Positions 9,359-17,090 of a stretch of 31,853 nt of DNA are shown here, piece by piece (positions within the stretch are counted from its first letter, which is position 1; each line of letters opens with the position of its first letter). The stretch comes from Candidatus Thorarchaeota archaeon SMTZ1-45 (GTDB lineage Archaea; Asgardarchaeota; Thorarchaeia; Thorarchaeales; Thorarchaeaceae): NCBI GenBank assembly GCA_001563335.1, contig LRSL01000106.1, positions 1 to 31,853 on the forward strand, written 5' to 3'. A program made the position numbers and the translations under genes. The notes beneath the pieces were generated by a model, which did not search any database, was not told the DNA's origin, and saw nothing but the letters and a program-made list of their open reading frames with translations.

Positions 9359-9402
9359 TATTCTACTAGTATAATATTTTTATTCTACTGGTATAATATT
9401 TT
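9359..9402. promoter_or_regulatory. Tandem 22-bp direct repeat, each an imperfect palindrome; putative PadR operators of a divergent promoter
   Basis: TATTCTACTAGTATAATATTTT (9359-9380) and TATTCTACTGGTATAATATTTT (9381-9402), one mismatch; ends 3 bp before the padR GTG. Confidence 0.75.
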
Positions 9403-9405
9403 GAT

Positions 9406-10080
9406 GTGAAAAGAATGTCAAAAACAGACAGACAATCAACTGAGTTCCTCCCCTCTACCTATCTAGCAGTCCTGTCAATTCTTGGCGGAGGGGCTGAGTA
9501 TGGCTACGAAGTCAACAACATCATTGAACAGTATGGTTTCAGAGAATGGGTCGAGCTAAGATTCTCTTCAGTCTATAAGGCATTATCAGAACTTGAAAAG
9601 CGTGGTCTAATTGTAGGTAAAAAGGAAGACTATGAAAAAAAGACATCAAAGAAGACTTATCGTTTGACAAGTAAGGGTCGAACTACCCTTCAGCAGCAAA
9701 TTAAGATGTGTTTGAGTAATCCTCCACGACCAAAAACACTGTTTGACTTGGGAGTTTCAGCTATGAGCCTGATAACTCGAAGAGAGGCACTAGATGCTTT
9801 ACGGACATACAAGACAAACCTTGAACGAGGTCTACAGTTTTTGGAGTTGAATGTTCAGAACTTGGACAACTTGGAGCGTTTGAAACGAGAAGCCCCAGAA
9901 AGTATGGTTGGTTTGGTCACTGTTGATGAGTATGAAAACACTGAGAACATTGGTGCAGTTCGAGCTTTATTTGACCGTCCAGCAATTTCCGTTCGTTGTC
10001 AGATTGCTTGGCTTGGATCCTTTATCAAACAAATAGAACGCGGGGAAGGTTTCACTTTCAGTGATACCAGTAGGAGGTGA
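9406..10080 (+). CDS. PadR-family transcriptional regulator with long C-terminal domain
   Basis: YGYEV...SSVYKALSELEKRGLI...KKTYRLTSKGR winged-helix signature; start may be ATG at 9415. Confidence 0.92.
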   Translation: MKRMSKTDRQSTEFLPSTYLAVLSILGGGAEYGYEVNNIIEQYGFREWVELRFSSVYKALSELEKRGLIVGKKEDYEKKTSKKTYRLTSKGRTTLQQQIKMCLSNPPRPKTLFDLGVSAMSLITRREALDALRTYKTNLERGLQFLELNVQNLDNLERLKREAPESMVGLVTVDEYENTENIGAVRALFDRPAISVRCQIAWLGSFIKQIERGEGFTFSDTSRR

Positions 10081-10087
10081 AAAGAAA

Positions 10088-11251
10088 ATGGGTTTAAAAA
10101 TTATGCTTGAGTTTGAACATCTTCCAGGCGGCAAGAACTGCATGACTAGTTGCCTGTGGAAGCTTCTCCATCATCTGGGACATGACATCTCTGAAGAGAT
10201 GTTAGTAGGAATTGCTTCTGGATTAGGATTCATCTATTGGAAAATGAAACAAATGCCGACTCCATTTGTTGGTGGAATGAACGGAGGACGATTTCCAACA
10301 ATATTGGGGTTGGCTGTTGATAGACTAGGAGGTGAATGGAAGGTATTGAAGTCATCCTCAACGAAGCGTGCTCAACAGCATCTCCTTGAAACCTTAGAGA
10401 TGGATCAGCCTGCATTAATCTGCGCAGACATTGGCTTTCTAGATTACCTCTCACTCGGTGGAGATGACCACTTTGGTATGCATACTATCCTTGTTTATGG
10501 GATAAATGAATCAAATGATGAAGCACATATATCCGACCGATTTGCCACTCCAATTACAATTCCTTTATCACGTCTTCAAATTGCCCGTGCTTCGAAGTAT
10601 CATCCTTTCCCAGCAGAGAATAAACTCATGCAGGTGTTTATGCCAGAGATACTGAATTCACTACAAGAGATAATCCCAATGGCAATCCGAGAAAACGCTG
10701 ATTTTATGCTAAATCCACCAATTTCCAATATGGGTGCAAGAGGTATTTTGAAGTGGAAGGATGAATTTCCCAAGTATCCCAAGATTCTCCAGGACAATCG
10801 TACAATAGTGCAAGCTTTGATTGAACATTTTGTCTACATTGAAGTTGGTGGAAGCGGTGGGTCTTTCTTTCGGAGAGTATACTCCAACTTCTTGAAAGAG
10901 GCAAGCAAAGTGATGAAAGACTCCGAGTTACAAAAAATCTCTCTTCTCTATGATGACATCTGTGACGTTTGGTCTAGGTTGGCTGTCCAACTCACTCCTA
11001 ATGAGTTATCAAGTCTTGGAAGGTTGAGAGAGATTTATGTCCAAAACAATCATGATATGGAACAAAAAGGTGTGAAAGCGTTAGATCAGGTAAAGGAACG
11101 TTTGGCTGATGTACCTTCACTAATCTCACACGCTTGCAATGAGGTAGAAAATTTCAATCAATTACTAGCAGGTGTGGATGTACTTCTTGATGAACTCTAT
11201 CAAAAGGAAACCTCTGCTATGGAAGCTCTTGCAGCTTGGTCTAGTTCATAA
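10088..11251 (+). CDS. BtrH N-terminal / DUF4872 papain-like cysteine peptidase-fold protein
   Basis: NCMTSC...ISEEMLVGIASGLGFIY, HFGMHTILVYG, ISDR (Cys-His-Asp); GSGGSFFRRVYSNFLKEA; strong SD AGGAGGTGA overlapping the padR stop supports ATG at 10088. Confidence 0.8.
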   Translation: MGLKIMLEFEHLPGGKNCMTSCLWKLLHHLGHDISEEMLVGIASGLGFIYWKMKQMPTPFVGGMNGGRFPTILGLAVDRLGGEWKVLKSSSTKRAQQHLLETLEMDQPALICADIGFLDYLSLGGDDHFGMHTILVYGINESNDEAHISDRFATPITIPLSRLQIARASKYHPFPAENKLMQVFMPEILNSLQEIIPMAIRENADFMLNPPISNMGARGILKWKDEFPKYPKILQDNRTIVQALIEHFVYIEVGGSGGSFFRRVYSNFLKEASKVMKDSELQKISLLYDDICDVWSRLAVQLTPNELSSLGRLREIYVQNNHDMEQKGVKALDQVKERLADVPSLISHACNEVENFNQLLAGVDVLLDELYQKETSAMEALAAWSSS

Positions 11252-11320
11252 GTTTGTTATACTAATATGAATGGAAAGCCTAATCTTTTGGAATTGTCTG
11301 AGTTATGACTTGGTGGTAGC

Positions 11321-11911
11321 TTGTCAAAACGAATTTACACAGGGGCTGGTGATAAGGGACAGACCGGACTCCGATCGGGAGAACGAATTGATAAAGATGA
11401 TGTCAGAGTTGAGGCATATGGCACCGTGGATGAATTAAATTCGTTTCTCGGTATTGCAAAAAGATATTCTTCTGAAAGGATAGCCGGCCACATTCAAGAT
11501 GTTCAGCAATTATTGTTCTACATCAATGCTGAATTGGCATATATTCCTGATTCATCCTCCAATTCAGTTAGCTCAAATGAACATCTCAGGAAAGTTGAAT
11601 CTACTGATATAGAGAACCTCGAGAAACTGGCAGATGATCTCTCTGAAAAACTACCATTGCTGAAAAATTTTGTCGTTCCTGGAGGCACTGATGCTGCGGC
11701 ATTCTTACATATTTGTAGAACTATCTGCCGAAGGGCTGAGAGAAGAGTGTTTACTCTATCAAAATCATCTCCACTTAATCCAAATCTTCTCAAATACCTC
11801 AATAGACTCTCTGACCTACTATTTGTCTTTTCAAGGTATGAGAATATTGTTAGAGGGAATGGTGATATTCTAATATCAAAGAATGGACCTGATATTCAAA
11901 AGAGAGTTTAG
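11321..11911 (+). CDS. pduO: PduO-type ATP:cob(I)alamin adenosyltransferase
   Basis: IYT..GDKGQT, EAYGTVDELNS, FVVPGG, RTICRRAERR, YLNRLSDLLF. Confidence 0.93.
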   Translation: MSKRIYTGAGDKGQTGLRSGERIDKDDVRVEAYGTVDELNSFLGIAKRYSSERIAGHIQDVQQLLFYINAELAYIPDSSSNSVSSNEHLRKVESTDIENLEKLADDLSEKLPLLKNFVVPGGTDAAAFLHICRTICRRAERRVFTLSKSSPLNPNLLKYLNRLSDLLFVFSRYENIVRGNGDILISKNGPDIQKRV

Positions 11912-11938
11912 GTTATGAGACTCTGTAACTTAAAATGT

Positions 11939-12193
11939 CTACTCTATAAGATAGACTATGTCTTTCTCTCGAACTCTGTCAGGGACCTTGATTGCAATCT
12001 CTTGCCCTTTTGTACCAGATTCAATGACTTTCATATCCATTTGCATTGATCTGACAGTCATCTCGAAACTAGTTGTTGCACCTTCAATGCTGATTTTATT
12101 ACCAACGCTAAGTGTATCATCAAGCATAATAGCTGCGACACCTATCTTGTGGAAGTAACGAGTAATGACTCCTATTTGCTTCTTCTCTCCCAT
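11939..12193 (-). CDS. Small translation-factor-like beta-barrel protein (EF-Tu domain II / peptidase U32 C-terminal-like)
   Basis: IG.IT.YF.KIGVA...L.VG..I.I.G.TT.F...V.SMQ...G.E.AIKV..RVR..D.VY pattern; ATG at 12193 preferred. Confidence 0.75.
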   Translation of the reverse strand: MGEKKQIGVITRYFHKIGVAAIMLDDTLSVGNKISIEGATTSFEMTVRSMQMDMKVIESGTKGQEIAIKVPDRVREKDIVYLIE

Positions 12194-12406
12194 CGTGAAT
12201 GCACCCATATTTCTGATTGAAACAATCACTCAGAAAAGTTCTTCGCCCATGGGAACTTGTCTTCATCAAGTAACACATAGTGTTTCATTTAACACAAATT
12301 GATTTTTTACCCACCATGTTACAGCATGAATTGTATCTCGTTTACCGAGAGGTAGGTCTGGGAGTGATAGATTTCTAAGCTCATCACTTTAGGGACGAAA
12401 TCAATT

Positions 12407-13840
12407 TCAGTGATGATGATTGTGTGTATGCCCTTCTTCGAGTGGTGCTAGTTTCCCGAACGCTCGTTGTACTACTTCTGATAATGCAGGATGGATGTGC
12501 ATAGCTTGAAACATTGGATGGTATGTCCCTTCAGGTGTATTCATGAGATTGATAATTTCTTGAATCAAGATTGGCGCATATGGCCCTATTATTGTAGCTC
12601 CAAGGATTTTCTTATTGTTTGCATTTACAATCACACGAATCAAAGATGCTGGATTACCCATCGCAAATCCTTTAGCTGCAATTGAATAGTCTGCTTGACC
12701 GACCAACAAATTTCGTCCAGATATCTTTGCTTCTTTTAATGTCATTCCAACTGTAGCAATCGGAGGATATGAGAAAACAGCATGCGGGACTGCATTGTAG
12801 TCCATGGTTAGTAGTTCAGGTTCTGACTTCTCATACTTTGCATTAATCATCCGAACAAGGTTAATCCATACAATTTGGGACTCCTCGTTTGCGACATGTC
12901 TAAACTGATAACGGCCAATTGCATCGCCAAATGCCCATATACCCTTCTTACTCGTTCTGAAGTACTTGTCAACAATGATCCATCCATTCCTATCAACCCT
13001 AACGCCTGTCTTTTCAGGTTTGAAGAGATCTGAGTTGGAACGTCTACCTGCAGCAACCAACAACACTTCTCCTCGGAATTCTTTCTCAGTTTCGTTTTCC
13101 ATATCTTTGGCAATGACAACTTTTTCTCCATTTTCTTCTTTGACTTCAATGACTTCATAATTAGTATATACGTTCATTCTCTTCGATAGCTCTTGTTTGA
13201 GAATCTCTGATACATCTGGGTCTTCGTTTTTAACGAGGTATTTGTTCCTTCCAATGATTGTGACTTCTGTCCCTACTGCTGAGAAAAAGTGTGCAAACTC
13301 TGTAGCGATATATCCTCCACCAATAATAATCATGGATTTTGGTTGTTTCATAAGATGAAGGGCTTCATCATTAGTTAGGTACTTCACATTGTTGAGACCC
13401 TTGATATCCGGTATCAGAGGTCTTGAACCAGCTGCAATGATAATGTTTGGAGCTCTGATTTTCTTACCATGGATTTGAATAGTGTAATCATCTACGAAAG
13501 CCCCTGTTCCCTTATACCAGTCAAATCCTTCTGCGGCTTCCACTGCTTCACCTTGCATTCTACTATCATTGTCAACCTCTTCCCTCATTCTCCTCATAAT
13601 CCATGGATAATCAATCTTCTCAATGTTAATATTGATACCTAATTCTTCAAGATGTTTGGCTTCTATAATTACATCTGCCACATAAGTGAGTATCTTTGTT
13701 GGTATACAACCTCTGTTCAGGCAGGTCCCACCCATTGGTCCATGCTCTACTACTGCTACTCTCAGTCCTTGTTCATATACTGAGGATGCAACATTCATGC
13801 CTGCTCCTGAGCCAATGACAATGAGATCATATTCCCTCAT
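12407..13840 (-). CDS. Class I pyridine nucleotide-disulfide oxidoreductase (dihydrolipoyl dehydrogenase / mycothione reductase-like)
   Basis: IGSGAG FAD motif, GGTCLNRGCIP redox disulfide, IIGGGYIA..E, WAFGD, HIHPALSE; C-terminal HTHNHHH. Confidence 0.92.
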   Translation of the reverse strand: MREYDLIVIGSGAGMNVASSVYEQGLRVAVVEHGPMGGTCLNRGCIPTKILTYVADVIIEAKHLEELGININIEKIDYPWIMRRMREEVDNDSRMQGEAVEAAEGFDWYKGTGAFVDDYTIQIHGKKIRAPNIIIAAGSRPLIPDIKGLNNVKYLTNDEALHLMKQPKSMIIIGGGYIATEFAHFFSAVGTEVTIIGRNKYLVKNEDPDVSEILKQELSKRMNVYTNYEVIEVKEENGEKVVIAKDMENETEKEFRGEVLLVAAGRRSNSDLFKPEKTGVRVDRNGWIIVDKYFRTSKKGIWAFGDAIGRYQFRHVANEESQIVWINLVRMINAKYEKSEPELLTMDYNAVPHAVFSYPPIATVGMTLKEAKISGRNLLVGQADYSIAAKGFAMGNPASLIRVIVNANNKKILGATIIGPYAPILIQEIINLMNTPEGTYHPMFQAMHIHPALSEVVQRAFGKLAPLEEGHTHNHHH

Positions 13841-13841
13841 G

Positions 13842-13869
13842 TTATTAACAATGGTTAATAAGTTAATAA
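13842..13869. promoter_or_regulatory. Inverted repeat TTATTAAC-N4-GTTAATAA plus a third half-site, overlapping a probable leaderless promoter
   Basis: Perfect 8-4-8 IR at 13842-13861, extra GTTAATAA at 13862-13869; minus-strand TTTTTATTAA lies about 23-32 nt upstream of the reductase ATG. Confidence 0.6.
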
Positions 13870-13969
13870 AAATGTACTGGTTGTATCGATTCTAAAAGAT
13901 ATAACGTATAAAATCGCTACTAATAAAAGCTGGACTTTGTATGTAGAAGTACTAGGAGATTGGAGTTTG

Positions 13970-14758
13970 ATGCGAAGGAACTCGTATGCTTTGATTATAC
14001 TTGGAATCTTGCTAATACTATCAATACTTGGACCTCAGATAGATAAAACAGAAGCAGTAGGATATCATGGTTTAGTATTACAGGATACACAACCACCAGA
14101 AATTACAACTGAACCAGAAGACTTAGTTTACGCAGAAGGGACCACAGGACATAATCTCTATTGGGAATACTTTGATGAAAACCTAGCCGCTGTTGATTTA
14201 TATTTGGATGGGGCACTTATTTTCACTGATCCCATTGGAAACCACCCGACTAGCCTTTCATGGAATGTCGATGGGTTGAGCATTGGCATTTACAATTATA
14301 CATTGTATCTGGATGACATCTTTTTGCAAAGCACAACATCAACAGTTTTTGTCACAGTAACCACTGTAGATGGTACACCTTATGTAAGCCATCAATTTGA
14401 TCTGTTTCTATTTGCTGGAATGCCTACAAACAATGTCACTTGGATTGGGCTTGATTCTGATCCCGACACATATATTGTCTATCTAAATGGAACAGAAATT
14501 GATTCAGGAACTTGGTCCTCTGGCGTGCCAATTGTTGTTTTTTTGGCATCTCTTCAGATTGGTTTCTATAATCTTACTATAGTTCTGACTGATGATTTAG
14601 GCTACTCAACTTCTGATACTGTCTTATTGTATGTGCTACCATCAACCATTCCAACGAATACATTCCCCTTTCTATATGATGTGGTAATGATCATTAGCAT
14701 TGGGATTGTTCTAGGTGGCGTGGTGCTTATTGCCATTATTGCAAAAGGGAAGCGATAG
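13970..14758 (+). CDS. Membrane-anchored surface protein with two Ig-like beta-sandwich repeats
   Basis: Signal peptide (MRRN plus hydrophobic core); two ~90-aa repeats (W...D....LYL.G...IG.YN.T....DD......TV); N-glycosylation sequons NYT, NVT, NGT, NLT; C-terminal TM plus KGKR; GGAG before ATG 13970. Confidence 0.8.
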   Translation: MRRNSYALIILGILLILSILGPQIDKTEAVGYHGLVLQDTQPPEITTEPEDLVYAEGTTGHNLYWEYFDENLAAVDLYLDGALIFTDPIGNHPTSLSWNVDGLSIGIYNYTLYLDDIFLQSTTSTVFVTVTTVDGTPYVSHQFDLFLFAGMPTNNVTWIGLDSDPDTYIVYLNGTEIDSGTWSSGVPIVVFLASLQIGFYNLTIVLTDDLGYSTSDTVLLYVLPSTIPTNTFPFLYDVVMIISIGIVLGGVVLIAIIAKGKR

Positions 14759-14766
14759 ATGTGCAC

Positions 14767-14779
14767 TTTTTTCGAAAAA
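14767..14779. terminator. Oligo-T tract / TTTTTCGAAAAA palindrome, possible bidirectional terminator
   Basis: T6 run begins 9 nt after the stop codon and is mirrored by an A5 run. Confidence 0.35.
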
Positions 14780-15090
14780 CCGAGATGATTTAATTCAGGA
14801 AACTTTTACATTAATTCAGCTGCCTAAAGGATGGACAAAGAACCCAAAAAAGTAAGATTTGTCAAAATCAAGTATTGCACTAGGTTTAGGAGATGTTTCA
14901 ACATTATTTTGGAAACTGATGAACAATTGCAACACAACTTCAATGTCCATTTGAAACCCACCAGTTTGATTACTATTTAGTTTATCTTATAACTACCCAA
15001 ACAGAGTTTTGTGAATGTGTTCCCTAGAACATTTGTACATCAAGCTTAAGTGAGAAACAAATAGCAAGATAATTAGTTGAGGTCTTAAAA

Positions 15091-16983
15091 GTGAGAATGT
15101 TACAAATTCACAGCGATGGCTTCGCTTATGAAGCAAAGAGGAAAGCGCTCAAGAACGCAGAAGCAGTCAGGGAGAAAGTCTACAGGACTGAGGACTCCTG
15201 CTTAGTCAATTTCATCGCTGCGGAAACTACAGATGCTCACAATATTACTGCTGCTGCAAAGGCTACATCTGATATGATAGCCGCTGCAGCAGATGAGATC
15301 AAAGAGAAGAAGATTATCGTTTATCCTTGGGTTCACTTAACTGAGAATCCGTCAAAACCAAGTGTTGGGCTGAAACTACTCAAAACTGTTGAAAAGGATC
15401 TCAAAGAGAGAGGATTCGATGTAGTGCGTGTTCCATTTGGCTGGTATAAGGCGTTTGAAATTAACTGCAAGGGTCATCCGCTCGCTGAGCGCTCCAAAGT
15501 TCTCGATATTTCTCGGGAAATTGCCAAAGCAGCAGATGTTGATGTTACCGAAATAGAGGATCTCACGGCACTTGTAGCTGAGGAGAAATCTACCTCTGAG
15601 TTCTTTATTATGGAACCTAGTGGGAAACTAACTCCAGTCAAAGATTTCAACTATGCTAGGTATAAGGAATTAAAACTCTACATGCAATATGAAACTGCAA
15701 AAGATAGGACTGCACAAGAACCTCCTCCACATATAGATCTGATGAAACAATTGGAGCTCGTTGACTATGAACCAGGCTCTGATGCAGGTAACTTCAGATG
15801 GCCTCCCCGTGGTCTTACGCTAAAGAGAGCGATTGAGGAAAGAGTAACTGCAGAGATGGTGGCGTATGGGGCTCATGTTCTCCAAACCCCATTAATCTAT
15901 GATTATCAACATCCTTCATTGAAATCCTATCTTCAGAGGTTCCCATCCCGTCAATATGTGATTCGGTCAGGGGACCGTGATTACTTTGCTCGATTCAGCG
16001 CATGCTTTGGACAGTTCCTACTGATTTCCCAGGCACATGTTACCTACAAACAACTACCTTTGAAGTTGTTTGAGATTGCTCCATCCTATAGACGTGAACA
16101 GAGTGGAGAACTCGCTGGCATGCGTCGTCCACGAGCTTTCACAATGCCTGATATTCATGAAATTGTGGCTGATGAGGAAGGAGCTAAAGAAGCAGTACTG
16201 CGCCAACTTGAATTCGTTGAGAAACTTCAAGGAGAACTCGAAGTTGCATATGAAGTTTCATTCAGGATTCTCAGGTCATTTTATGACGAAAACAAAGACT
16301 TCATCGAAAAAGTAGTCAAACGAATTGGAAAACCTGTAATGATTGAACTCTTTGACGAAAGATATGCGTATTTCATCTTCAAGGGAGAGTGGAATGTCGT
16401 AGATGATCAAGAGAAGGCAGCTTGTCTTGGCACTATACAGATCGATGTTGAGAATAGTGAGCGGTTTAACATCAAATATGTTGACGAAGATGGGAAAGAA
16501 AAGTTCCCATTAATTCTACATACATCTCCATCTGGATCAATTGAAAGAATACTCTATGGAGTCTTGGAAGAGGCTCATAAGCAGAAAAAAGCAGGGAAGG
16601 TTCCTCATCTTCCTCTCTGGATGACTCCTGTTCAAGTACGTTTTGCCCCTGTGGATGATAGCTACGTGGATTACTGCTTGAAACTAGGTAAGACTCTTGA
16701 TAAATCTGGAATTCGTTATGAAATCGATGACCGTTCTCAGACTGTAGGGAAGAAGGTTCGGAGTGCTGAAAAACTTTGGATACCTTACATATGTGTTGTA
16801 GGTGGAAATGAGAAAGAAAGCGGAGAATTGGTGGTCAGAAGGCGAGAATTGAAGGACCAAGTGAAATTGACTGTCCAGGAACTAGCCAAGGAGATTAACA
16901 ACAAGACCAAATTTGCACCAAAACAAATGCTTCTTCTTCCAAAATTGATATCAAAACAACCAATCTTCTCGCGAGAAGTATAA
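15091..16983 (+). CDS. thrS: Threonyl-tRNA synthetase, archaeal type
   Basis: N-terminal archaeal editing domain (YPWVHL, PFGWYKAF.INCKGHPLAE.S); class II motifs YRREQSGEL.G.RRPRAFTMPD.H and GSIER; anticodon-binding domain. Confidence 0.97.
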   Translation: MRMLQIHSDGFAYEAKRKALKNAEAVREKVYRTEDSCLVNFIAAETTDAHNITAAAKATSDMIAAAADEIKEKKIIVYPWVHLTENPSKPSVGLKLLKTVEKDLKERGFDVVRVPFGWYKAFEINCKGHPLAERSKVLDISREIAKAADVDVTEIEDLTALVAEEKSTSEFFIMEPSGKLTPVKDFNYARYKELKLYMQYETAKDRTAQEPPPHIDLMKQLELVDYEPGSDAGNFRWPPRGLTLKRAIEERVTAEMVAYGAHVLQTPLIYDYQHPSLKSYLQRFPSRQYVIRSGDRDYFARFSACFGQFLLISQAHVTYKQLPLKLFEIAPSYRREQSGELAGMRRPRAFTMPDIHEIVADEEGAKEAVLRQLEFVEKLQGELEVAYEVSFRILRSFYDENKDFIEKVVKRIGKPVMIELFDERYAYFIFKGEWNVVDDQEKAACLGTIQIDVENSERFNIKYVDEDGKEKFPLILHTSPSGSIERILYGVLEEAHKQKKAGKVPHLPLWMTPVQVRFAPVDDSYVDYCLKLGKTLDKSGIRYEIDDRSQTVGKKVRSAEKLWIPYICVVGGNEKESGELVVRRRELKDQVKLTVQELAKEINNKTKFAPKQMLLLPKLISKQPIFSREV

Positions 16984-17090
16984 GGTATCAATATTGGATG
17001 GGCATTTCAAACAAAGAACAGCGTTCTACGGAACTGTTTTTACATGCCGTTCCCCACTGATTAGCAATCATACCAATAGGAGAGTCCGAG

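Noticed and set aside
9359-9402. 22-bp repeat as a CRISPR remnant
   Set aside because: Only two copies, no spacer, no cas genes; the position fits an operator
12229-12406. Short minus-strand frames (MKHYVLLDEDKFPWAKNFSE; DELRNLSLPDLPLGKRD...) as a small gene or pseudogene
   Set aside because: Very short, no clear start signal and no recognisable family
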